Positions 27,418 through 35,506 of a DNA stretch of 64,000 nt are shown here, piece by piece. This DNA comes from Candidatus Saccharimonadales bacterium (GTDB taxonomy: Bacteria > Patescibacteriota > Saccharimonadia > Saccharimonadales > EFPC-124). Under the pieces are notes generated by a model. The model saw only the letters and a program-made list of their open reading frames with translations. It was not told the DNA's origin and ran no database searches. The stretch's first letter is position 1. Every line of letters begins with the position of its first letter. Both the position numbers and the translations under genes were made by a program. The stretch lies in contig DATIBO010000006.1 of the NCBI GenBank assembly GCA_035457485.1, positions 818,659 through 882,658 of the forward strand, in the 5' to 3' direction.

Positions 27418-27446
27418 ATAATAACATAAGTAGTTTAAAAAGTCAA
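27418..27446 (-). promoter_or_regulatory. Sigma70-like promoter candidate just downstream of the tsf terminator
   Basis: The minus strand reads TTGACT (27446..27441), a 17-nt spacer, then TATTAT (27423..27418). It lies in AT-rich DNA immediately before the GC-rich island-3 segment. Confidence 0.45.
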
Positions 27447-27470
27447 TGTTAGAGCTTATGCTTAAATATA

Positions 27471-27499
27471 GAAATAACCCCTGTTAGGGGGGTTATTTC
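27471..27499 (-). terminator. Intrinsic terminator after tsf
   Basis: GAAATAACCCC (27471-27481) pairs with GGGGTTATTTC (27489-27499) around a 7-nt loop. It lies 20 nt past the tsf stop. Confidence 0.75.
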
Positions 27500-27518
27500 T
27501 TAGGTATTTTTAAGCGTC

Positions 27519-28118
27519 TTATTCGCTTACACCAAGTTCAAATCGCGCCATGCGGCGCACAACGATATTTTCACCTAATTTCGAGATATGACTTTTTACT
27601 AAGTCGCCAACTTTTTCGTCTGGGTTTTTGATGAATGGTTGTTCCATTAAGCAAAGTTCGCCAAAGTGTTTGGTGATCATGCCTTCAACAATTTTTGGAA
27701 CCATTGCCTCTGGCTTGCCTTCGTTTTTCACTTTTTCAGTAAATTCAGCAGCTTTTGCTTCGCGAACGTCGGCCGGAACGTCTTCGATGTTAACGTAAAG
27801 TGGCGCGCTTGCCGCAATATGCATTGCAAGGTCGTGCACCAAGTTTTTAAAGTCGTCAGTGCGAGCCACAAAGTCGGTTTCGCAGTTAACTTCTACTAAA
27901 ACGCCAATTCGGCCACTGTGAACATAGCTTTCTACCAAACCTTGGCTAGCTTCACGTTCGCCGCGCTTTTCGGCTTTGGTCAAGCCTTTTTTGCGCATTT
28001 CGCTCAATGCCTTGTCAAAGTCGCCATCAGCGTCGACCAAAGCTTGTTTTGCATCGGTTAAACCAACGCCGGTTAAATCTTTAAGTCGTTTTACTTCATC
28101 TAAAGATACGTTTGCCAT
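27519..28118 (-). CDS. tsf: Elongation factor Ts (short form)
   Basis: N-terminal UBA-like segment VKRLKDLTGVGLTDAKQALVDADGDFDKALSEMRKKG. Start chosen at ATG 28118, 1 nt after the rpsB stop. Confidence 0.9.
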   Translation of the reverse strand: MANVSLDEVKRLKDLTGVGLTDAKQALVDADGDFDKALSEMRKKGLTKAEKRGEREASQGLVESYVHSGRIGVLVEVNCETDFVARTDDFKNLVHDLAMHIAASAPLYVNIEDVPADVREAKAAEFTEKVKNEGKPEAMVPKIVEGMITKHFGELCLMEQPFIKNPDEKVGDLVKSHISKLGENIVVRRMARFELGVSE

Positions 28119-28119
28119 T

Positions 28120-28836
28120 TTATTCACCCTTCTTATCAGAGCTCTTGCGCCCGGCGATGCCTTCTTCAACAGCTTGTTTTACGTAGTCAACAATTAACTG
28201 AATACCTTTAATTGCATCGTCGTTTGCAGGAATAACGTAGTCAATCAAGTCTGGGTTTGCATTACTGTCAACAATAGCAACAACAGGGATATCTAGACGA
28301 CGAGCTTCTTTGATCGCGTTTTCTTCGACGACAACATCTACAACAAACATTGCACCTGGGCGACCATTAAGCTCTTTAATACCGCCGTACTTAAAGTTTA
28401 AACTGTCAATTTCCTCTTGGAAGCGCTGAACTTCTAGCTTGTTATAACGACCAGCAAGTTCGCCCGCCGCCATTTTGGTTTCAAGCTGCTTCAAATGCTT
28501 GATGCGTTCGTTAACAGTTTTAGTGTTAGTAAGCATTCCGCCCATCCAACGCTCGGTGATGTAAGGCATCTTGGTTTCAAGCGCAGCTTGTTTAACAATA
28601 TCGCGAGCTTGGCGCTTTGTGCTTACAAATAAAATTTGCTTGCCTTCGGCTGCTGTTTTGGTCAAAAACGGAAGAGCTTTTTCTAGACCTTCAACAGTTT
28701 TTGTTAAATCAATAATGTGGCTTCCAGCTCGTTTGCTGTGAATGTATTTGGCCATTTTTGGGTGCCAACGGCTTGTTTTGTGACCAAAATGCGCGCCAGA
28801 CGCGAGCAAGGCCTTAATATCTACTGATACTGCCAT
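28120..28836 (-). CDS. rpsB: 30S ribosomal protein S2
   Basis: GAHFGHKTSRWHPKM near the N-terminus; 238 aa; followed by tsf. Confidence 0.95.
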   Translation of the reverse strand: MAVSVDIKALLASGAHFGHKTSRWHPKMAKYIHSKRAGSHIIDLTKTVEGLEKALPFLTKTAAEGKQILFVSTKRQARDIVKQAALETKMPYITERWMGGMLTNTKTVNERIKHLKQLETKMAAGELAGRYNKLEVQRFQEEIDSLNFKYGGIKELNGRPGAMFVVDVVVEENAIKEARRLDIPVVAIVDSNANPDLIDYVIPANDDAIKGIQLIVDYVKQAVEEGIAGRKSSDKKGE

Positions 28837-28920
28837 GATTAATCCTTTATCTTTGTTTGTGCGCTGCCCTTATGGGAGGATTTTTACACAAACTGTTTCA
28901 TTAAAATTTGTTACAGATGT

Positions 28921-28949
28921 ATTCTATCAAACTTAATCTGTTGTGTCCA
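28921..28949 (-). promoter_or_regulatory. Promoter candidate for rpsB-tsf
   Basis: The minus strand reads TGGACA (28949..28944), a 17-nt spacer, then TAGAAT (28926..28921), about 85 nt upstream of the rpsB ATG. Confidence 0.45.
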
Positions 28950-28962
28950 GTATACGCATGTA

Positions 28963-28991
28963 TTGTGTAGTTAACCAAGTTGTGGTATAAA
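28963..28991 (+). promoter_or_regulatory. Promoter candidate, divergent from rpsB, now facing the island-4 CDS
   Basis: TTGTGT (28963-28968), a 17-nt spacer ending in TGG (extended -10 TGn), then TATAAA (28986-28991). Confidence 0.4.
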
Positions 28992-29020
28992 TTTGTAGCC
29001 TACAACGGAAGGAGAAGATC

Positions 29021-29551
29021 GTGACTGAGACCGACCCACAGTCCGACTCGGCGATCTACCGAAGGCAAGGAAGCCTCGTCGCCGGTCTGCTGATGGACAC
29101 CCTGAGGCGAGAACTCAGTGGACTGTCCAGAAGGAACGGCACTCACGAACTTCTGAGCTCAGTACTGGACCATCGTCGAATCGGCGACATGGTTCGCGAA
29201 CTGTCTCAGACCATCCCCCCGGATCTCGGTGCAATCGTTCGCGAAACCTCGCTGGGGCTCGACGAAGAGTCCCCGATTCCGAGGATCGTGGACGCCGATC
29301 AGGCACTCTCCAACATCAGCACCAAGCTCGAAGTCACGCAGCAACTCGTTCGGATCTTCCGAATCCTTCGGACGATCTACGCGGCAACACTCGTGCAGGA
29401 TCACTCGGTCGAGGGCTGTGCTGCTCTCGCCTGCGTGACCTATGGTCGCATCCTGGAGGTCGTCGACCTGAGGGAGGCAACCTTCGAGAGCGCACTCACG
29501 CTGCGCAAGGACGTGATCCGAGCACTTCAGGTCACAACGCTTGAGAGCTGA
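29021..29551 (+). CDS. Hypothetical protein, 176 aa, compositionally foreign (high-GC island 4)
   Basis: GTG start at 29021 with GGAAGGAG (29007-29014) 6 nt upstream. Composition looks helical with R/L/E/D-rich content. A strong terminator follows. No motif recognised. Confidence 0.7.
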   Translation: MTETDPQSDSAIYRRQGSLVAGLLMDTLRRELSGLSRRNGTHELLSSVLDHRRIGDMVRELSQTIPPDLGAIVRETSLGLDEESPIPRIVDADQALSNISTKLEVTQQLVRIFRILRTIYAATLVQDHSVEGCAALACVTYGRILEVVDLREATFESALTLRKDVIRALQVTTLES

Positions 29552-29560
29552 CAGCCCGCG

Positions 29561-29620
29561 AAAAAGCCCACGGAAGCCAAGATAACATCTGGCTCCGGCC
29601 GCGGCTTCCGCGGGCTTTTT
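29561..29620 (+). terminator. Intrinsic terminator after the island-4 CDS
   Basis: AAAAAGCCC-A-CGGAAGCC pairs with GGCTTCCG-C-GGGCTTTTT. That gives 12 GC-rich bp with one A/C mismatch plus an A5/T5 extension and a 24-nt loop. Confidence 0.8.
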
Positions 29621-29653
29621 CTATGGCCGCAAACTGGTATATAGTATTAGCCT

Positions 29654-30703
29654 ATGAACATAAAAGAACTCTTAAAAATCTACTGGTTTGCAATAACCGC
29701 AACTGCAGTAATCTGGATACTATCTTTCGCGTTTGGAGGCTGGCAAGCGCTTTTTACTGTAATAGTGCTAACTTTACTCGAAACCACATTTAGCGCCGAC
29801 AACGCCGTTGTTAACAGCAAAATTATCGTCACGCTATCGCCGTTTTGGCAAAAACTTTTTATGACGGTTGGTATTTTTATCGCCGTGTTTGTGGTGCGAT
29901 TCTTTGCGCCAATTTTAATAGTTATGGCAACTGCCGGCTTAGGTTTGACCGAAGTTATAAACTTAGCAATCAACGACACTCATGCCTATGAAATCGAGTT
30001 AGCAAAAGCCGAACCAATGATCAGCGCCTTCGGCGGTACGTTCTTAATTATGATCGCACTAAGCTACTTTATTGATTACGAAAAAAAGACCCACTGGTTA
30101 GGCTTTTTGGAAAAGCTCCTGGGTCGCCTGGGCCGCTTCGACAACATCACTACTTTTGTAATGCTACTTTCTGCTATAGCAATTTACTTTACAGTTGGTG
30201 CCGAACATCAGGCGGCGGTTTTAATCGCATCTGTAATGGCGATTGCCCTACATATTGGGCTGGAACTTTTGAGCGCTACGTTCGAAAACACTCGTAAAAA
30301 ATCACTCGACATCAAGCATAAAGTCGGTGCCGCAGCATTTGCAACTTTCTTGTATCTCGAAGTCTTAGACGCTTCGTTTTCATTAGATGGCGTAATCGGC
30401 GCATTTGCCCTAACAAGCAGTATTCTATTGATCATGCTAGGCCTGGGCGCTGGCGCAGTTTGGGTGCGCGCAATGACCATACATTTGGTAAAAGCGAAAA
30501 CCCTCAGCAAATACATATTTCTTGAGCACGGTGCACACTGGGCAATCGCTTTCTTGGGCCTAATTATGCTGCTAAAGCTCTATCATATTGAACTTTCGGA
30601 GTGGTTTGTTGGAAGCTTAGGCTTAGCGTTCATCGCTATAGCGATTTGGTGGAGCAAACGACACAGCAAACGTGTTGCGAGCAATTTAAAACCAAACCTT
30701 TGA
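29654..30703 (+). CDS. TerC/DUF475-like integral membrane protein
   Basis: 349 aa and about 9 TMs. [13 protein letters not shown] resembles the TerC-family SxDN motif. Confidence 0.55.
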   Translation: MNIKELLKIYWFAITATAVIWILSFAFGGWQALFTVIVLTLLETTFSADNAVVNSKIIVTLSPFWQKLFMTVGIFIAVFVVRFFAPILIVMATAGLGLTEVINLAINDTHAYEIELAKAEPMISAFGGTFLIMIALSYFIDYEKKTHWLGFLEKLLGRLGRFDNITTFVMLLSAIAIYFTVGAEHQAAVLIASVMAIALHIGLELLSATFENTRKKSLDIKHKVGAAAFATFLYLEVLDASFSLDGVIGAFALTSSILLIMLGLGAGAVWVRAMTIHLVKAKTLSKYIFLEHGAHWAIAFLGLIMLLKLYHIELSEWFVGSLGLAFIAIAIWWSKRHSKRVASNLKPNL

Positions 30704-30728
30704 CATTTACAGATCAAACAGATATAAT
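30700..30728 (+). promoter_or_regulatory. Perfect-consensus sigma70 promoter for rpmE-prfA-prmC
   Basis: TTGACA (30700-30705), exactly 17 nt, then TATAAT (30723-30728). The -35 box overlaps the stop of the upstream gene. The ATG of rpmE is only 10 nt past the -10 box. Confidence 0.7.
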
Positions 30729-30738
30729 ACTGGTAATT

Positions 30739-31071
30739 ATGAAAAAAGAACTACACCCTAACGACTACCGTCCTGTTGTTGTGCAGGACCCAAGCGCAAA
30801 TTTTGCGTTTTTAACTAAATCTACCGCTAAAACCGATAAAACCATCAAATGGGAAGACGGCAACGAATACCCATTGCTAGAAGTCTACATCAGTAGCGCT
30901 TCTCACCCGTTCTTTACCGGCAAAGAATCTTTGATCGACACCGAGGGTCGTGTTGACCGCTTTAAGGCTCGTGCCGAAGCTGCTGCTGCTCGCCGCGAGG
31001 CTCTTGCAAGCAAAGCTAAAAAAACTGTTGCACGCGCAGCTAAAAAAGCCGAAGAATCCGAAACTAAGTAA
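30739..31071 (+). CDS. rpmE: 50S ribosomal protein L31, type B (no CxxC), with Ala/Lys-rich C-terminal extension
   Basis: [29 protein letters not shown] matches the L31 N-terminus without zinc-binding Cys. The start is taken at the internal ATG 30739 of the track ORF. Confidence 0.85.
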   Translation: MKKELHPNDYRPVVVQDPSANFAFLTKSTAKTDKTIKWEDGNEYPLLEVYISSASHPFFTGKESLIDTEGRVDRFKARAEAAAARREALASKAKKTVARAAKKAEESETK

Positions 31072-31103
31072 CTTCAGGCTGACAACAATTTGGGGGTGAG
31101 TTA

Positions 31104-32177
31104 ATGGGAAAAATAAATCTTAATTTAGATCATTTACAAGCCGAAAAGACTCAACTTACGGATTTTTTGTCGCGTCCTGACGCATTTAGCGATCCCGAGT
31201 ACGCCAAAAAAACTCGTCGTTTAAACGAACTCGACGAAATCATTGAGCTTGGCTTGCGGCAAGAGCAAGTTAGCAAACAACTTGCCGAAGCAATTGAACT
31301 AGCGCGCGGCGATGACGAGTTAGCAGAGCTTGCAAAAGAAGAAGTTCCGGCACTAGAAAAAGAATACGAAGACCTAGACAATAAACTTTTTGAGCGCCTA
31401 ACTCCCAAAGATCCAAATGATGAAAAGAACGTAATTGTAGAAATTCGGGCTGGCGCAGGTGGCGACGAAGCCAGTTTATTTGCGGCCGAAGTTTTTAGAA
31501 TGTATCAACGCTTTGCAGAGCGACGAGGCCTTAAAACCGAACTCATAAACGAAAGTTCATCAGAAGCCGGTGGCTTTAAAGAGGTAACTTTTGCGGTTAA
31601 GGGCGCCGACGTTTACAGTACACTTAAATTCGAGTCTGGCGTTCACCGCGTGCAGCGCGTGCCGGCAACCGAAAGTCAAGGTCGGATCCACACTAGCACA
31701 ATCACTGTAGCTGTATTGCCCGAAGCCGAAGAAGCCGACGTACAGATCAATCCTAACGACTTGCGTATTGATGTATTCCGATCGGGCGGTAATGGTGGTC
31801 AAAGTGTTAACACAACTGATAGTGCCGTGCGCATCACACACTTGCCTACTGGTTTAGTTGTAATTTGCCAAGACGAAAAATCGCAGCTTAAAAACAAAGA
31901 TAAAGCGATGAACGTTTTGCGAAGTCGTTTGCTTGCCAAAAAAATCGAAGAAGAACAAGCCAAACTAACAGCAGAACGCCGCAGCTTAATCGGTTCTGGC
32001 GATCGATCAGAGAAAATCCGCACCTATAACTTCCCTCAAGATCGTATTACCGACCACCGAATTGGTTTTAGCCGCAGTAATATTCCCGGCGCCTTAAACG
32101 GCGATATCGACGATTTAATCGAGAATCTACAAGCTTATGAGCGAGAACTCAAAGCCCACGCTGCTGAACAAGCTTAA
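31104..32177 (+). CDS. prfA: Peptide chain release factor 1
   Basis: PxT tripeptide (RVPATESQ) and GGQ ([18 protein letters not shown]). Confidence 0.9.
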   Translation: MGKINLNLDHLQAEKTQLTDFLSRPDAFSDPEYAKKTRRLNELDEIIELGLRQEQVSKQLAEAIELARGDDELAELAKEEVPALEKEYEDLDNKLFERLTPKDPNDEKNVIVEIRAGAGGDEASLFAAEVFRMYQRFAERRGLKTELINESSSEAGGFKEVTFAVKGADVYSTLKFESGVHRVQRVPATESQGRIHTSTITVAVLPEAEEADVQINPNDLRIDVFRSGGNGGQSVNTTDSAVRITHLPTGLVVICQDEKSQLKNKDKAMNVLRSRLLAKKIEEEQAKLTAERRSLIGSGDRSEKIRTYNFPQDRITDHRIGFSRSNIPGALNGDIDDLIENLQAYERELKAHAAEQA

Positions 32178-32976
32178 ACAAGCTCAGTCTAAGCTTGAAC
32201 AGGCGAACATTGCAACTGCTCGCCTAGATACTTTGGTTTTGGCAGAGTTTATTTTGAATAAAAATCGCGCCTGGATCTTAGCAAACCCTAATTTTGAGGT
32301 CAATGCGAAAATGTCGCAAAAATTCGATGAGCTCATAAAACTGCGCTCGCACAACATTCCGATTGCCTATTTAACAGGTAAAAAGGAGTTTTATGGCCGA
32401 GATTTTATTGTTACACCAGATGTGTTGATCCCTCGTCCCGAAACCGAAATGCTAATTGAAATCGCCAAAAAAACACTCAAAACTGGCATCCTTTTAGACG
32501 TAGGTACTGGCAGTGGCGCCATCGCTGTGACTTTGGCGTGCGAAACAGCCTTACGAATTGAAGCCTGCGACATTAGTGAGGCCGCCCTTGAGATTGCTCA
32601 GAAAAACAGCAAATTAATTAGTGAGCAGACTGATCAAGAAAATACTCACCAGCATGAGATCAAATTTTTCAAATCTGATCTACTTTCGAACACAAATCGA
32701 ACTTACGATATGATAATTGCCAATTTACCTTATGTCGACAAGTCTTGGCAGACTTCGCCCGAAACCGATTTTGAACCACAGTCAGCACTTTTTGCCGACG
32801 ATTTCGGCTTGAAATTGATAAAAAAACTACTAGATCAAGCACCGACGCGGCTTAGTAAAAGCGGCTACGTCTTGCTCGAAGCTGATCCGAGACAGCACAA
32901 ACTTATTAGCAAATATTCAGACAAATTTAGAACACTAGAGCAGAAAGATTTTGCGCTTCTTTTGCAAAAAATTTAA
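32137..32976 (+). CDS. prmC: Release-factor glutamine N5-methyltransferase PrmC/HemK
   Basis: SAM motif [11 protein letters not shown] and the NPPY-variant IANLPYV. It overlaps the prfA end by 41 nt. Confidence 0.85.
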   Translation: MSENSKPTLLNKLKQAQSKLEQANIATARLDTLVLAEFILNKNRAWILANPNFEVNAKMSQKFDELIKLRSHNIPIAYLTGKKEFYGRDFIVTPDVLIPRPETEMLIEIAKKTLKTGILLDVGTGSGAIAVTLACETALRIEACDISEAALEIAQKNSKLISEQTDQENTHQHEIKFFKSDLLSNTNRTYDMIIANLPYVDKSWQTSPETDFEPQSALFADDFGLKLIKKLLDQAPTRLSKSGYVLLEADPRQHKLISKYSDKFRTLEQKDFALLLQKI

Positions 32977-33554
32977 ACTTTATTATCAACAAATTCTGGT
33001 AGTTCTAACAGGCCTTTAACCGAGCCAGCGCGCTCGAGCAATTGTTTAAAGTCGCTTCTTGCCTTAGGGTCTTCGCCTAATTTGAGGGCTTCGTCAAAAT
33101 CGCACTGTTTTATTACGATCTTTTCGCCGGCATGGACTTCTGGACTGCCTTGGGTCTCAACTTCCCAAGCCACGAATGTATAAACAAACCAATCTATTTT
33201 TGATTGCGGCTGCACAACATCTACAAGCTTCCAGTTTTTTAAAACCAAACCCGTCTCCTCACGAACTTCACGCTGAGCAGATTGTAACTCGGTTTCGGAA
33301 TCAACATCGTGCCTCCCGCCTGGTAAATCAAAAAACTCGTGGCCACCGGGCTGTTCTTCTTGCAAAACTATGACTTTTTCATTCTGCACAACAAAAACTT
33401 TGGTTGTATCGGGGCGCTTTAAGCGTTCGAAAACCTGAGTTGAACCATCGAACATCTCTTGATCCCACTGATACACATCAAAAATCTTACCTTTAAAAAC
33501 TAATTTGGCTTTATCAGGGATTATCTGCGCATTTTGCGGAATCACAGTTCTCAT
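32973..33554 (-). CDS. NUDIX hydrolase
   Basis: Nudix box GGRHDVDSETELQSAQREVREETGL. Confidence 0.8.
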   Translation of the reverse strand: MRTVIPQNAQIIPDKAKLVFKGKIFDVYQWDQEMFDGSTQVFERLKRPDTTKVFVVQNEKVIVLQEEQPGGHEFFDLPGGRHDVDSETELQSAQREVREETGLVLKNWKLVDVVQPQSKIDWFVYTFVAWEVETQGSPEVHAGEKIVIKQCDFDEALKLGEDPKARSDFKQLLERAGSVKGLLELPEFVDNKV

Positions 33555-34699
33555 CTTGGATACTCCTCTAAAACCACGGTCATTTTTTGCGCCACATTAT
33601 CTCGGATTACTGTTAACTCAACCGAGGCACCCGCGGAAAATTGCGAAAGCAAACTAGCCAGCCCACGATCTTCTCTCACCTGCTGTCCGCTCACGTCTGT
33701 AATAATATCGCCAGTTTTAAGCCCGGCTTTTTCTGCTGGACTCCCAACCACAACCGAGGGCTCACCGTTACCGCCATCTATCAAAATAGCACCTTTTGTA
33801 ATGTTTACACCAAATTCCCGGGCATTGTCGGAGTTCAAAGCGACATAACGAACCCCTAGGTACGGTTTAATAATTCGGCCCTGCTCAAGCATAGATTTTA
33901 TAATAGCCTTAGCATCGTTAATTGGAATTGCAAAACCCATACCTTCGGCACCTTCGGATATGGCCGTATTAACTCCAATAACTTCACCTTTTAAGTTAAC
34001 CAGCGGGCCACCGGAATTTCCAGGATTAATAGCTGCATCCGTCTGAATTAAATTTTCCAGTTTTTCCGCCGAACCAAGTTCACCTACAGCCTCGATCGGC
34101 CTACCGATACCCGAAATAATTCCGCTAGTGACAGTGTTGCGGAATTCACCCAATGCATTTCCAACCGCAATCGCCTTTTGGCCTGGTTGTACGTCGCCCG
34201 AATCTCCTAACTCAGCCGGCGATAAGTTATCTACGCCAGCAATCTTCAAAAATGCCAAATCATTCAATGGATCACGACCAACAACCTGAGCATCGTACTG
34301 AGTTCCGTCATCCATTACGATCTTAGCAGTATCGGTCCCCTCTGGAACAACGTGTTTATTAGTTAAAATATAACCGTCTTTACTAATTACAATTCCGCTG
34401 CCCGCACCCTCACTCACATAAGGTTCGTAAAAACCATCGGCGCTTACTTGCTGCGTTATTATAGCCACGGTACTTGGACTTACCTTTTTAAAAATCTCGG
34501 CAACAACTTCACCTTCTTGTAAAACAATAGTTTCGCGGTTGCTCTCTATTGAGCGCGAAGCATCAAAATTAACTAGACCCGTTGCGCTAAAAGCCCAAGC
34601 ACCCAAAAAGCTTGCCACGAAACAAAGTGTGACAATGCCGACAACATGCCAGCGCTTTTTATTTAGATCATTCTTAACAGGCTTTTGCTGTTCTGTCAT
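33551..34699 (-). CDS. htrA: HtrA/DegP-family serine protease with one PDZ domain
   Basis: N-terminal TM. Catalytic triad context is TNKHVV, DLAFLK and GNSGGPLV. C-terminal PDZ domain. Confidence 0.85.
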   Translation of the reverse strand: MTEQQKPVKNDLNKKRWHVVGIVTLCFVASFLGAWAFSATGLVNFDASRSIESNRETIVLQEGEVVAEIFKKVSPSTVAIITQQVSADGFYEPYVSEGAGSGIVISKDGYILTNKHVVPEGTDTAKIVMDDGTQYDAQVVGRDPLNDLAFLKIAGVDNLSPAELGDSGDVQPGQKAIAVGNALGEFRNTVTSGIISGIGRPIEAVGELGSAEKLENLIQTDAAINPGNSGGPLVNLKGEVIGVNTAISEGAEGMGFAIPINDAKAIIKSMLEQGRIIKPYLGVRYVALNSDNAREFGVNITKGAILIDGGNGEPSVVVGSPAEKAGLKTGDIITDVSGQQVREDRGLASLLSQFSAGASVELTVIRDNVAQKMTVVLEEYPR

Positions 34700-34700
34700 A

Positions 34701-35489
34701 CTACAGGCTTGCGTCCCAAGGTGTAAAAATTAAAATTATCGCTAAAAGTGCGGTGGTGAATAAAATGGTGCCGCGCAAAAGGCCTTTATTTAAGGTTTCG
34801 TGTTTATGCATATGATAAATACGCGCACCCGAAAAACCTAAAACGAGCATAATGATCGCGATTTGTGGAATCTGGATCGCCACGATTCCTATTCCATACG
34901 CAACGGTCCAGTAAAAAAGTAACCAACCGAGTTGAGCCGTAACCAATCCCCAAATTGAGGACCAAAGCTCTAGATAAGGCTCTTCGTAATTGCTTATTAC
35001 ATGGCGCGCTACAACGTAGCCGACGATCCAACAGCCTAGAATTATCACGATTTCTGGCATTACCGTAGAAAAGCTAAACAGCACAACCAAGCCAACAAAC
35101 TGAGCTATGCCCGCCTGCAACATGTTACCGTGCGTCGATGAAAGCGGCTTAACAATAAGCTGCCACAGCATATAAAGTGCAGTAATAAATAATTGCAGTG
35201 CTAAATTATCGCCGGCCAGGTAAATTAAACCAACCGCGCCCACGCCAACAATAATGTCTACCATGTTTGACTTTAAGTTAGCCCACCAAAAACGCGGGCG
35301 CAAAGCCAAAATTCGCCATTTGCTAAGCAGAACTACAACAAGAGCAAGATACGGTGGATCAAACGCCCGAACCAAAAGTAACACAACAACGGGCAACAGG
35401 GCGTTAAACGTTGCGTATACAATTTCGCTCAACTGGGTGCGCGAAGCTTTTGTGCGTAGAAAATCCATCACAATACCCCTATTATACAC
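34701..35489 (-). CDS. Polytopic membrane protein of unknown function
   Basis: About 8 hydrophobic helices and no recognisable motif. The start may be the internal MDFLRTK (35468). Confidence 0.5.
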   Translation of the reverse strand: MYNRGIVMDFLRTKASRTQLSEIVYATFNALLPVVVLLLVRAFDPPYLALVVVLLSKWRILALRPRFWWANLKSNMVDIIVGVGAVGLIYLAGDNLALQLFITALYMLWQLIVKPLSSTHGNMLQAGIAQFVGLVVLFSFSTVMPEIVIILGCWIVGYVVARHVISNYEEPYLELWSSIWGLVTAQLGWLLFYWTVAYGIGIVAIQIPQIAIIMLVLGFSGARIYHMHKHETLNKGLLRGTILFTTALLAIILIFTPWDASL

Positions 35490-35506
35490 ATTTTACACGC
35501 CGCATA

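Noticed and set aside
26932-27429. 165-aa plus-strand ORF covering island 3
   Set aside because: This is a shadow ORF. The opposite-strand product has three clean TM helices and a properly spaced GGAG.
29115-29438. 63-81 aa alternative-frame ORFs inside island 4
   Set aside because: They are short, have no SD, and are fully contained in the 176-aa ORF, which is flanked by a strong SD and a terminator.
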